Shown: positions 10,871 to 20,575 of the stretch, piece after piece
Position numbering within the stretch: position 1 is the stretch's first letter
Layout: each line of letters opens with the position of its first letter
Assembly (NCBI GenBank): GCA_041690595.1
Contig: JAWLHB010000017.1
Location: 1-64,000, forward strand
From: Lentisphaeria bacterium
GTDB lineage: Bacteria; Verrucomicrobiota; Lentisphaeria; JABSQK01; JAWLHB01
Reading direction: 5' to 3'
DNA: 64,000 bases
The notes under the pieces: generated by a model
What the model was told of the DNA's origin: nothing
Seen by the model: only the letters and a program-made list of their open reading frames with translations
Database searches by the model: none
Program-made: the position numbers and the translations under genes

Positions 10871-11764
10871 GTGCTACGCTACAGACTCATGAGTGGTTCC
10901 GCACTGATTGTCTTCCTGGCGATCATGGTCTTTGTCCGCTCCGCCATCGCCGACGTGCTGATGGCGGTGTTTGCGGTTGCCGTGCTGGTAACTTCCCTGC
11001 GAGAGTACTTCAACATGACGGCTCGTATGGGAGCGTCCGGCCATTACGGGCTGACGCTCCCCATCAGCCTGGCCCTCTTGGCGGCCGCTTTTCCGCCCGT
11101 TCGGCAGAGCCTGGCCCTCGATCCGTATATCACTCTGGTCTTTCTGATCTTTCTTCTCTTCAGCTTCGGACTGATCTTCCGCCAGCGCAATCCAGAGGGA
11201 TTCCGTGCGGCCACGCTGGGTTTCCTTGCCAGCGCCGGCGGTTTGCTTTACCTCGGCGTTACGCTCGTCTTCCTGGTTCGTGTGTACTATCTTGCCGACG
11301 AGGGGTCACATAGCCCCTATCTCTTCTTCTTTCTGGTACTGGTAACCAAGTGTGGCGACATCGGCGGCTTCATTCTCGGCAGCTTGTCCGCCAAGCGCAT
11401 CGGCGGCAATCACAAGATGGTCCCCTTCCTCAGCCCGAAGAAGAGCTGGGAAGGCTATCTCGGCAGTATCCTGCTGAGCGGTCTAGTCGCGTGGGCGCTG
11501 TACGCGTGGCTCGGTACTCACTTCATGATCAATGGACGCCCGGCCATGAGCACGTTGAGCTCCATTCTCATCGGCATCGTCTTTGCCACCGTCGGTTTGG
11601 TTGGCGATCTGGCCGCTTCCGCTCTCAAGCGGGCGTCGGGTGTGAAGGACTCCGGACATTTGCTTCCCGGCATGGGGGGTGTCATCGACGTCATTGACAG
11701 CCTCGTCTTCGTCGGCCCCCTTTTCTACTGCTACCTGGCGTGGGTAAGTGGCAGCCCCAGCTAG
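10871..11764 (+). CDS. cdsA: phosphatidate cytidylyltransferase
   Basis: Polytopic membrane protein with SPKKSWEG and GDLAASALKR..GVKDSG..LPGMGGVID. GTG start after GGAGG. Confidence 0.92.
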   Translation: MLRYRLMSGSALIVFLAIMVFVRSAIADVLMAVFAVAVLVTSLREYFNMTARMGASGHYGLTLPISLALLAAAFPPVRQSLALDPYITLVFLIFLLFSFGLIFRQRNPEGFRAATLGFLASAGGLLYLGVTLVFLVRVYYLADEGSHSPYLFFFLVLVTKCGDIGGFILGSLSAKRIGGNHKMVPFLSPKKSWEGYLGSILLSGLVAWALYAWLGTHFMINGRPAMSTLSSILIGIVFATVGLVGDLAASALKRASGVKDSGHLLPGMGGVIDVIDSLVFVGPLFYCYLAWVSGSPS

Positions 11765-13746
11765 GAGCTGGCCGTCATGGCATCATGCAGAAGTTGCTGC
11801 GTACGGATGATCTCCGCGACGCTCCAAGCCTGCTGAATGGCGCCATTCGGGCGATGCGGCGGCTCCGCATCGAAGATCTCTGAGACGCAGAACAGTCCGG
11901 CCTCACGCGGGTGCTGCTGAAACAGGGGCTCAAAGCAGTCCCAGAGCCCCTCGGCAACCGTGGCCGGATGCGATGCGATCCGCAGGGCAGCCTCCACATA
12001 ATGGCCGACGAGCCATGGCCAGACCGTTCCCTGGTGATAACTGCTGTCACGCTGCGCCGGGTCGCCTTCATACCACCCCACATAATCGGGATGGTCAGGA
12101 GAGAGCGTCCGCAGGCCGAAAGGCGTCACCAAGTCATCGCGCACACGGCGGACGACGCCGCGCATGGCGTTATCGTCAAGCGGAGAATGGGGCAGCGAGA
12201 CGGCAAAGATCTGGTTCGGGCGAACAGAGATATCCGGCCCCTCCGGTCGCACGCAATCTGCCAGGTATTGACGATCCGGCAACCAGAAAGTCGGCATGAA
12301 GGCGGCTTTGGCCGCGTCGCGAATCTCTACCAGGCGCCGATCCTTCTCATCCGTGAACTCCAGATAGAAGCACAAGGCATTGTACCACAAGGCATTCAGC
12401 TCCACCGCGAGGCCGTGCCGCGGGGTCACCGGTCGCCCATTCACCAACGCATCCATCCACGTCAACTGCGTATGCTCGTTGCCGACGCTGATCAATCCAT
12501 TCTCCTGGGGTACCACGAACTGGACACTGCCCTCGGCAAATGCCCGCAGGATGCGCCCCACCCCATTGAGCAGATTTGCTTCCACGCCATCGCGATCATT
12601 CGTATAGCGCAGGTACATCTGCGTCGCCCAGACATACCAGAGCGACGCATCCACGGAGTTGTAAGCATGATTGTCCCCCGCCGTGGCCAGGTAGTTCGGG
12701 ATCAAGCCACCCCGTACATGCTTGCCATACGACGTCAGGATCTGCATCGCCTCTTCGTTGCGCGCACACGCCAGGGTCAACCCCGGTAGTGCAATCATCG
12801 TATCCCGTCCCCACTCCGCAAACCAGTGGTAACCGGCTACGATGGACATTTCCTGGCGCGGATTGCGAATGATGAGCGACTCCGACCGTGCCTTCAGCAT
12901 CCGCAGCAAGGCGTCGTCCGACGCATATCGCTTCAACGCCTGCTCGCGGCGCCGCAGTTCCCGCTCCCAGGTCACGCTGGGTTGCTCCCGCGCCTCGTCA
13001 ATCGACGCGCGCACGATCACCGCTTCCCCAAGCTGCAGATCGATCGACAGTATACCTGGGCAAAAGAGATCCTCCTGATAGTCCAGGCCACGCTCCTGCT
13101 CCTCGATATACTCCAGATTGTAATACCAGTTACCCTGCTCAGTCCACTGCCGCGCCCGGTCGGCAGTCACGTAGAGCGTCGGCATTCCCACATAGGGAGT
13201 GATCGAGAAGCCGTTTGCTTCCTTCCTCGTGCTGCCGTTGATCGCATGATTGGCGCGGATTGTGGTGTGAAAATCGCGATAGGCGAGCAACGGCCTGAGG
13301 CACAGCAGCACATCCTCCGACGCACTCAACAGTTCATAGCGCACCAACACGACGTTTTCGCCGCGCGGCACCATGATCGAGCGTTCCAGCCGTATGTCAC
13401 CAAGCCGATATATCGTCTTCGGGTGAATGCCGCAGCTGATCTGTTCGACATAGTTGTGCCCGGATGGATAATAGACCCCCGGATACTTGTTCAGATTGAA
13501 ATCGAAGCCGGCCTGCCGAACCACCAACTCCGTCTCGAGCTTGGAGAGCAGGACAAACTTGCCCTCCGGTTGCGCCAGGGAGCAAACCAGCAATCCGTGG
13601 TATTTGCGCGTATGGCACTCATACAACGTGCTCGAGGCATAGCCGCCAAGGCCATTCGTTTCCAGCCACTCATGACTCAATACCTGCTCAAGATCCAGGC
13701 ATTGGTCATTCGTGACCGAGAACGCAGCTTCTGACGAGGTCGACAT
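11761..13746 (-). CDS. glycogen debranching enzyme / amylo-alpha-1,6-glucosidase (GDE_N + GDE_C)
   Basis: EWLETNGLGGYASST, AGYHWFAEWGRDTMIALPG, LTWMDA, RPNQIFAVSL, YHQGTVWPW, QAWSVAE. Its stop overlaps the cdsA stop in the palindrome CTAG. Confidence 0.93.
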   Translation of the reverse strand: MSTSSEAAFSVTNDQCLDLEQVLSHEWLETNGLGGYASSTLYECHTRKYHGLLVCSLAQPEGKFVLLSKLETELVVRQAGFDFNLNKYPGVYYPSGHNYVEQISCGIHPKTIYRLGDIRLERSIMVPRGENVVLVRYELLSASEDVLLCLRPLLAYRDFHTTIRANHAINGSTRKEANGFSITPYVGMPTLYVTADRARQWTEQGNWYYNLEYIEEQERGLDYQEDLFCPGILSIDLQLGEAVIVRASIDEAREQPSVTWERELRRREQALKRYASDDALLRMLKARSESLIIRNPRQEMSIVAGYHWFAEWGRDTMIALPGLTLACARNEEAMQILTSYGKHVRGGLIPNYLATAGDNHAYNSVDASLWYVWATQMYLRYTNDRDGVEANLLNGVGRILRAFAEGSVQFVVPQENGLISVGNEHTQLTWMDALVNGRPVTPRHGLAVELNALWYNALCFYLEFTDEKDRRLVEIRDAAKAAFMPTFWLPDRQYLADCVRPEGPDISVRPNQIFAVSLPHSPLDDNAMRGVVRRVRDDLVTPFGLRTLSPDHPDYVGWYEGDPAQRDSSYHQGTVWPWLVGHYVEAALRIASHPATVAEGLWDCFEPLFQQHPREAGLFCVSEIFDAEPPHRPNGAIQQAWSVAEIIRTQQLLHDAMTASS

Positions 13747-13766
13747 ATCTCACCACCCTTTTAGCA

Positions 13767-13815
13767 GAAAAGAGCCCACGACGCGCATGCAACATCCGAC
13801 ACCGGGGCTCTTTTC
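13767..13815 (-). terminator. intrinsic terminator-like inverted repeat
   Basis: Perfect 11-bp inverted repeat GAAAAGAGCCC...GGGCTCTTTTC, giving a short U tract on either strand. Lies downstream of the small ORF. Confidence 0.55.
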
Positions 13816-13874
13816 AGTTGGCGCCGCCAAGCGATCCATGGGCATGATCGGTGGCAGACTCCGGTCTTCAGCCG

Positions 13875-14069
13875 TCAGCTCTTGCGATTCGCTTCCAAGT
13901 ACTCACCCAGGACCTGCCGCCCTTCATTGGTGTCCGTCCAGTACTCAAAGCCCTGCTGCCGCAGCTGCGCAAGCAAGGCCATCCATTCCTCGTGATTCCA
14001 GCTCTCCCGGCTCTTTAGCCAGGCGAGCATCTCTTTCTTCGGTAGACGGGGTGCTTTCTGTGCGGTCAT
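13875..14069 (-). CDS. small hypothetical protein (64 aa, predicted helical, Trp-rich)
   Basis: GAGGA RBS before ATG 14069, protein-like amphipathic sequence, terminator-like hairpin downstream. Confidence 0.7.
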   Translation of the reverse strand: MTAQKAPRLPKKEMLAWLKSRESWNHEEWMALLAQLRQQGFEYWTDTNEGRQVLGEYLEANRKS

Positions 14070-14186
14070 CGTCGAATTCCTCATGATGTTCACGCTCGTA
14101 AAATGATTATGGGTCTGATGTACTATGAACAATCTCGGCCCGCATACGTTAAAGATAATTCATTTTGCCGCTGAAGCAACCGAAAC

Positions 14187-14906
14187 TCAACTTCCGGCAG
14201 CACATTGACCGCTCGTCTGCAGTGGATGCGTAAGACCAACAGTCAACTCTCCCTTCCAGCTTCGCGAACCATGCGCCGCCAGCAGCTCCGCCGCACTCCC
14301 CCTCAAGACCTCTTCATGCAGCTTCGTCGCCTCACGTACGATGGCCACCATGGTCTCCCCCCCCAATTCCTCCACGATCTCCGTCAGCAGCTTGCTCATC
14401 CGATGTGGCGATTCGAACAGAAAGACCGTCCGGCTCGATGCAAAAAGCTGCCGAAGCATTGATCGGCGTTTGCCCGACTTCATCGGCAGAAAGCCGCCAA
14501 AAATGAAGTCCGAGATCGGAAATCCGCAGGCCACCACCGCGAAGGTGAGTGCCGATGCTCCCGGAATGATGATGGGCTCGATTCCCGCCTCCACGGCATC
14601 GCGCATCAGCAGGTAGCCAGGATCCGAAACAGCCGGTGTACCCGCATCCGTAAGTACCGCGATCCGCCGCCCCTGTTGCACCTGCTCCAGCAACTGATGC
14701 GTCTTGCCGTGCTCGTTATGGGAGTGGTAGCTCGTCGTGGCGCACGATATCTCAAAGTGAGTCAACAGCTTGCGCGCCCGCCGGGTATCCTCAGCCGCCA
14801 CCAGGTCCGCCTCCCGAAGCATGCGCAGCGCCCGCAGCGTTATATCTTCCAGATTCCCGATCGGACTGGCAATCAGCGCCAGCCATCCACCTGATCCATC
14901 ACACAT
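14187..14906 (-). CDS. rsmI: 16S rRNA (cytidine1402-2'-O)-methyltransferase
   Basis: SPIGNLEDITLRAL, AAEDTR, DAGTPAVSDPG, IPGASA, FESPHR, REATKLHEE. Confidence 0.95.
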   Translation of the reverse strand: MCDGSGGWLALIASPIGNLEDITLRALRMLREADLVAAEDTRRARKLLTHFEISCATTSYHSHNEHGKTHQLLEQVQQGRRIAVLTDAGTPAVSDPGYLLMRDAVEAGIEPIIIPGASALTFAVVACGFPISDFIFGGFLPMKSGKRRSMLRQLFASSRTVFLFESPHRMSKLLTEIVEELGGETMVAIVREATKLHEEVLRGSAAELLAAHGSRSWKGELTVGLTHPLQTSGQCAAGS

Positions 14907-14932
14907 TGCCTTTCTCCCATCGATTGTAATAT

Positions 14933-16225
14933 TTACCCCATGTAGAGTCCGCCATCGACGGAGATCTCCTGCCCTGTCAGGTAGGAGGCGCCTGGAGAAA
15001 CCAGGAATGCCACCACATCCGCCACTTCATCAGGTCGTCCGAAGCGACGCACTGGGATCTCCCGCATCAGATCCCGCTTGCGCTTCTCATTGATCACGGA
15101 AGTCATCCGCGACTCGATGAAGCCGGGGCTCACGGCGTTAACCAGAACGCCGGACCCGGCCAGCTCTCGTGCGATCGCACGCGTAAAGCCGCCAATCCCT
15201 GCCTTCGCCGCGCTGTAATTGGCTCGACCAGCCCCGCCAAGCCTTCCGGCATCCGACGTAATATTCACAATCCGCCCGGCCCGCTGCCGTGCCATCAGCA
15301 GCCCCGCCGCACGCGTGACGTAGAATATCGACGATAAGTTCGTGTCGATGACGCTCCGCCACTGTTCGTCACTCATGTAGGAAAGCAGCGCGTCCTGAAG
15401 AATTCCCGCATTGTTCACCAGGACATCCAGCCGCCCGAAGCGTTCGTGAACCGCCTGCACCAGCCCCTTCGCCGCCGCCGAATCCGTCAGATCCGCGCTG
15501 AAGCTGCCAGCTTTAGCGCCCTGATCTTCCAGTTCACGGCAAAGTGTCTGTGCTGCCGTGTCCTGTCGGAAGTAATGCAGGGCGACGCTGAAACCATCAG
15601 CCGCCAGCCGTCGCGCAATGGCTTGACCGATATCACCAGTCGCACCCGTTACCAATGCCACCCGTCCAGTCGACTCACGTGGCGGTTCGGCCCAGACCGA
15701 GGCCGCTGGCTCCTCGGCAAGCGTCTCGGTCTCCTGGCGCGTCGCCAGGTAAGCCTCGACATCCTTTCTGTGGATGACTCCGCCACCGACAGCCTTCGCC
15801 ACTGCCTCCAGATCCACCTCGTGTTTCTTGGCAAAAGCCCGCGCCGCGGGGGCAACCCGCAGTCGTTCCGGCGGCGTCGTAGCCGGCGCTGACGCATCTG
15901 GCATCACCGCGCCCGGGTCGCCTCCGCCAGCCAGAAGAGCTGCGTTTTCCGATTCCACATTCGGCACTTTAGTGCCCTCGGCGCCCAATGCCGCCAGAAT
16001 GTAACCAACCGGAATGGTGCTTTTCTCCTCCGCATAAACAGCCAGCAGCGTACCGCTGAAGGGTGACTCATACTCCACCACGGTCTTGTCTGTGATTAGC
16101 TCCACCAGCGGCTGCCCCTTTTCCACCTTGGCCCCTACCCGCAACAACCAGCTGCCGATGGTTGCTTCATCCATATTCTCATAAAGCTTTGGCAGTCGAA
16201 AAAGCTCCGTTCGTTCCTCTGGCAT
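14933..16225 (-). CDS. fusion protein: lipoyl domain + peripheral subunit (E3)-binding domain + FabG-like SDR
   Basis: Lipoyl [37 protein letters not shown]...[46 protein letters not shown] before ATG 16225. Confidence 0.9.
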   Translation of the reverse strand: MPEERTELFRLPKLYENMDEATIGSWLLRVGAKVEKGQPLVELITDKTVVEYESPFSGTLLAVYAEEKSTIPVGYILAALGAEGTKVPNVESENAALLAGGGDPGAVMPDASAPATTPPERLRVAPAARAFAKKHEVDLEAVAKAVGGGVIHRKDVEAYLATRQETETLAEEPAASVWAEPPRESTGRVALVTGATGDIGQAIARRLAADGFSVALHYFRQDTAAQTLCRELEDQGAKAGSFSADLTDSAAAKGLVQAVHERFGRLDVLVNNAGILQDALLSYMSDEQWRSVIDTNLSSIFYVTRAAGLLMARQRAGRIVNITSDAGRLGGAGRANYSAAKAGIGGFTRAIARELAGSGVLVNAVSPGFIESRMTSVINEKRKRDLMREIPVRRFGRPDEVADVVAFLVSPGASYLTGQEISVDGGLYMG

Positions 16226-16268
16226 CACAACATGCTCCTCGTGTTTGATCTCTCCAGCGCAGCCATGC

Positions 16269-18008
16269 CTAATCCCGAGGCGCTGCTCGCAGATTCGGCG
16301 CGAACCCCAGCAGCACCGCTCCATTGCCACTTTCGCCGCGCAGATCCAGCAGAATCACGAACTCCTCCGGCAACAGGTGCGGAAAGCTCAAGATGGGAAA
16401 GCGGCTCACCAGTCGCTTGTCTGTGAAAATAAAATTCACCTGCTTGATCTGACAATATGCGATCAAGTGGCCGGAATTGAAAGGGAAGCCGCGCGGGATG
16501 AAATAGTCGCCTCCCGCATAGTAAGCCACGGCAGGATTCTCACACATGATGACTGGCGTCCGACCGCTGTGATAGTTGATCAACGTGGAATGCAGCGGTT
16601 CCTGCTCCGCCGGCACCAGAGCCTCTCCCTCTTCCGAGATCCAATCTGCCGCGACATGCACCGCCTGCCATTCGTCACGTTGTTTCTCCGACTTATACTG
16701 CCACAGCCGATCTGTACCATTGTAGAGACACACCAGCACAACGATCACCGTCGCCCCCTGCACCCCCTGCCAAACCCGACTACTGAAGCGCGTCCGAATC
16801 CACTTCCCGAAGCTCAATATGCCACACGCCGCCCACCCCAGAATCAACGGCGCCACCATCACGACATAACGGACATTCAACCACCCGATCGTCACCACCA
16901 TCAGCAAGAGGCATGACACTACCAGCCCCGCCAGCAGCAACTCCTCCCGCAGCCATCTGCCGTGGCGTACCCGCCAGATGATCACCCCGATTCCTATCAT
17001 GAGATACAGTGATCCCAGACCATTGATGATCTCGTTGATGATGGATCGATAGATATGAGCGATTCCAGTTGGCTCCCGCCTCAGAAATTCCGGGCTCAGC
17101 ATACGGTCAGGATCCGCGTGGCCAATGCGCAGCAGTTGCCTGTCCCAGTGCTGCCGCCAGTTGAAAAAGGCATACATCTCTACTCGCCGTATGGCATCGT
17201 CAGGCATGCCGGCCTCCCCGATCAACCCAAGTCGATCCAGCGGCCGCCCAAGACGATCCAACAATGCCGAATGTCGCATGTCCGTAACCGGGTACCCGGA
17301 GCAGCGATAGACATAGGCAATCCAAGGCGCCAGAACGATCGCCAGCAACATCGTCAGCAGCAGGGTCCGAAAAGGAAACGCCATCATCTTCGCGCCACCT
17401 TGCGGATGGCGCATCTCCGTAACCAGCAGGATCGCAAACGCCACCACGCCCACGCCAAGTCCCCCACCCCACGTCAGCGATAGTCCTGCCACACCAAGGC
17501 AGACCAACAGCGGCGGCCACCACTTTCGTTCCCGCAAAAACACGACCAGCCCATACGCTATCACCAGAAAATAGAAGATCTTGGCGCTCTCCCGAAGCCC
17601 CGTCGAACTATAAGATAACAGGCTGGGGAACAGGACCATCAACCAGACGCTCAATGCAGCGGCGGGGCGACCGAAAACCCGCTTCATCAACAGAAAAAGC
17701 GGAAAGACTGAAAGCGCCAGATAGAGCGACGATGTCGCCTTCGCCGCTACATATCCATCCATCCCCAGCCACACGAAGGGAGCACCACTCAGGATGAAGA
17801 GCGGCGGTATCCTCGGGTAAAAGGCCTGCGACCAGTTGCCGGCGCCAAGCTCACGCATCATCGGTGCATAGTACATCATCACATCGGGGAACGGCCGCTT
17901 GTCCAGCACCACCACAGGCAGGCAGATCAGAAAAACAATCCCCGCTGATAGCAGACAATACTGCCTGTCGCTCAACTTGCGGTATAGCTGCAGGCAGTAC
18001 TCAAGCAT
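16269..18008 (-). CDS. GT-C-fold membrane glycosyltransferase (GT39/ArnT/PMT_2-like)
   Basis: Many TM segments, Asp in the first outer loop (PDVMMYY), YPRIPPLF, soluble C-terminal domain. Located among glycosylation genes. Confidence 0.65.
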   Translation of the reverse strand: MLEYCLQLYRKLSDRQYCLLSAGIVFLICLPVVVLDKRPFPDVMMYYAPMMRELGAGNWSQAFYPRIPPLFILSGAPFVWLGMDGYVAAKATSSLYLALSVFPLFLLMKRVFGRPAAALSVWLMVLFPSLLSYSSTGLRESAKIFYFLVIAYGLVVFLRERKWWPPLLVCLGVAGLSLTWGGGLGVGVVAFAILLVTEMRHPQGGAKMMAFPFRTLLLTMLLAIVLAPWIAYVYRCSGYPVTDMRHSALLDRLGRPLDRLGLIGEAGMPDDAIRRVEMYAFFNWRQHWDRQLLRIGHADPDRMLSPEFLRREPTGIAHIYRSIINEIINGLGSLYLMIGIGVIIWRVRHGRWLREELLLAGLVVSCLLLMVVTIGWLNVRYVVMVAPLILGWAACGILSFGKWIRTRFSSRVWQGVQGATVIVVLVCLYNGTDRLWQYKSEKQRDEWQAVHVAADWISEEGEALVPAEQEPLHSTLINYHSGRTPVIMCENPAVAYYAGGDYFIPRGFPFNSGHLIAYCQIKQVNFIFTDKRLVSRFPILSFPHLLPEEFVILLDLRGESGNGAVLLGFAPNLRAAPRD

Positions 18009-18122
18009 ATCGGTCTATACCGTTATCGCAAGTGACCGTCCCCGCCGGTTCCTCGGCCAATACACAAGTTCCACTGCCGCGCAAGGTCAAATCCCACATG
18101 GCCACTCCCTCTGCTGCCACCA

Positions 18123-19577
18123 TCAACATGCGCCCTTCCCGTGTAATACCACCCAGCCCGTTCTGGCCAGAATGTGGAGATCAAACCACAGGGACCAATT
18201 CCTTACGTAATATACATCCATAGCCAGCCGTTCCGAAAAGCTTACATCATTTCTGCCGCTAACCTGCCATATTCCCGTTATCCCCGGACGCACACGAAGA
18301 ATCACCGGGTCCGACTTCTCCATCATCCCCACTTCGCTTGGCAGATAGGCCCGCGGCCCTACCAGACTCATCTCGCCCCGGATCACATTCCATAGTTGCA
18401 GCAGCTCGTCAAGGCTGTATTTCCGCAGCAACCGCCCTACCCGCGTCACCCGCGGATCGTCACGCAGCTTGTGAAACGTCTCATACTCATCGCGTCGCGC
18501 CGGATCTTCCGACAGAATTCGCTCCAGCTGCTCTTCCGCCCCGACGCACATGGTACGGAATTTGTACGTCTTGAAGGTCTGCCCACCGCGCCCCATCCGT
18601 TCCTGCGTAAACCAGATGGGCCCCGGAGAATCCAGCTTGATCAGCAGACCTACCAGCATCAGCAAGGGCAGAATCGCCACCCCTCCCACCAGCGTCAGCA
18701 CCAGATCGATGCAGCGCTTCGCACGGCAAGGTCCAGGCAGCAAGAGCTGTTCCCGCACTTCCAGCCCAAGCACTCCACCAAGATCCTTTGCCACAACCCA
18801 CAGGGTGCTCAGGGCAAACAATTCTGGGATGATCAGCAGGTGCGGAAAAAGCTGGCTGTACCGCACCAGCACCTCATCATGGCGCTCGCGAGGCAACTCA
18901 GACATTGCCACGATCGCATAGGGAACCCCCTCCCGCGCCAGCTCCGGCGCCAGACTTATTCCCCCGATTACCGGAACCCCGGCCACATCTTGCGGCAGAT
19001 CTTTTCGGTCATCCAGAACCGCCACGATTTTCAGGCCGAGACCAGGCGCTCGGCGCAGCGCCGAAATCACCCGGCGCGCTGTTGCCCCAGCTCCTACCAG
19101 CACCGCTGGATGCCCCCACCAGCTCCGATGCGCGAACGCCATCCGCAGGAAGCCGCGAAACGATGGCACCGTCAACAGGCCGATCAACCAGGACATCAGC
19201 CAGACCGCTCGCGAGTATACCTCCGTCCCACCCGCCAGAAAGCTCGACGCCGCCAGCCCCAGAAACATCAGCGTGGTGCACACCGTCAACCGCCGCAGCT
19301 CTTCAACCGGCCCTAACGCCACCCCGGGATACAGCACCACCCCAGGATACAGATCCACTGCCGCATAGATCAGGATGAAGACGAAAAGCACCGGAAACAG
19401 CCGCACGTAAGATTGCGGGAGCAGCACCCCGAGATCATACAGATCCCGCAACGCCAGGCTGATCCCGATCGCCACCATCAGCGCCACCAGATCGGAGACG
19501 ATCAGCAGCAACACGGTCGCATAAGGGCGCGTCGAGATTGTCAGTAAGGGCACTCGTGCCAGCATCTTTTTTTCCAT
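18123..19577 (-). CDS. wbaP: undecaprenyl-phosphate sugar phosphotransferase (WbaP family)
   Basis: N-terminal TMs, Rossmann-like VLVGAG domain, then [54 protein letters not shown]. Confidence 0.88.
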   Translation of the reverse strand: MEKKMLARVPLLTISTRPYATVLLLIVSDLVALMVAIGISLALRDLYDLGVLLPQSYVRLFPVLFVFILIYAAVDLYPGVVLYPGVALGPVEELRRLTVCTTLMFLGLAASSFLAGGTEVYSRAVWLMSWLIGLLTVPSFRGFLRMAFAHRSWWGHPAVLVGAGATARRVISALRRAPGLGLKIVAVLDDRKDLPQDVAGVPVIGGISLAPELAREGVPYAIVAMSELPRERHDEVLVRYSQLFPHLLIIPELFALSTLWVVAKDLGGVLGLEVREQLLLPGPCRAKRCIDLVLTLVGGVAILPLLMLVGLLIKLDSPGPIWFTQERMGRGGQTFKTYKFRTMCVGAEEQLERILSEDPARRDEYETFHKLRDDPRVTRVGRLLRKYSLDELLQLWNVIRGEMSLVGPRAYLPSEVGMMEKSDPVILRVRPGITGIWQVSGRNDVSFSERLAMDVYYVRNWSLWFDLHILARTGWVVLHGKGAC

Positions 19578-19626
19578 GGCTGTCGTACTCTAAGACCTTC
19601 CAAACCTAATGCAATAACAAACGCTG

Positions 19627-20448
19627 CTAACCTTTTCCAGGATAGCCGATTCCCCACTTCCGCAGGTACCGGAACCAGGAGGAAAGATGAATGCGAGTCG
19701 CCTTGCTCAGGTAAAACGCATACCACGGTCGCCGCGCGCTTTCCCGGTTGTGATTGTGCAGGATCTCCGCCGAAGGATTGTACATGACCTTCCAACCATG
19801 CTGGTGGAAGCGACGGCAGAGATCCGTATCCTCGAAGTACAGAAAGAACCCCTCGTCAAAGCCACCCGCCTCCCTCAGCGCGCTGCGACGCATGAACAGA
19901 AACGAACCCAGCAGCCAGTCCACCTCCTGCAACCTACCGAAATCTGCATCGCACATCTTGAACCGCGCCAGATCGCAACGCGCCAACCGAATGCGCCCCA
20001 GCGGAGTCCGCCTGTACACCGGCGTCATCACGCTGTGCCAGCGAAAGCAACTCCCTTGCACACTCAGGTCCGGATTCAACTGCCGTGGCCCAACTACACC
20101 GACCTCTGGATGTGCCTCCATGTACTTCCACAATACCTGAAACGTGTCCCGGCGGGCAAGCGTATCTGGATTCATCACGACCACGTACTTACCGCTGCTC
20201 TCTTCGATGCCGACATTGTTCCCGTGACCAAGACCCAGATTCTTGCTCAACTGCACAAAGCGCACCTCAGGAAAGCCCGACCGTAGATCAGCGCCGATGC
20301 TCTCGCCTGACGCATTGTCCACCACCACCACCTCTATCCCAAGTTGCCGCCCATCCGACACCTCCAAACCCGAATCAAGGATCGATCGCACGCAGCGCAG
20401 GGTGTCTGGCCCTGATTTGTAGTTGACAATGACGACCGAAATGTCCAT
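19627..20448 (-). CDS. glycosyltransferase family 2
   Basis: ISVVIVNY, VVVDNAS, NLGLGHGNN, MNPD, GGFDEGFFLYFEDTDLC. Confidence 0.92.
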   Translation of the reverse strand: MDISVVIVNYKSGPDTLRCVRSILDSGLEVSDGRQLGIEVVVVDNASGESIGADLRSGFPEVRFVQLSKNLGLGHGNNVGIEESSGKYVVVMNPDTLARRDTFQVLWKYMEAHPEVGVVGPRQLNPDLSVQGSCFRWHSVMTPVYRRTPLGRIRLARCDLARFKMCDADFGRLQEVDWLLGSFLFMRRSALREAGGFDEGFFLYFEDTDLCRRFHQHGWKVMYNPSAEILHNHNRESARRPWYAFYLSKATRIHLSSWFRYLRKWGIGYPGKG

Positions 20449-20541
20449 ACGGAATCTTGCCTATTGCTCCGATAACGCACTGTCGACAAAGCATAAGCGC
20501 CGCGTGAGACTTGGTGCCTGCACGCGGCGCACAATCCTCTT

Positions 20542-20564
20542 CTGCTGTCTTGGTTCGACAGCAG
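20542..20564. other. 8-bp stem-loop just downstream of the protease stop
   Basis: CTGCTGTC-N7-GACAGCAG. No U tract follows on the minus strand, so it is not a classic terminator. Confidence 0.4.
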
Positions 20565-20575
20565 CCTCAAGATCT

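Noticed and set aside
14105..14132. sigma70 promoter for the small ORF (TTGTTC...CATAAT)
   Set aside because: The spacer is only 15 nt, too weak to call.
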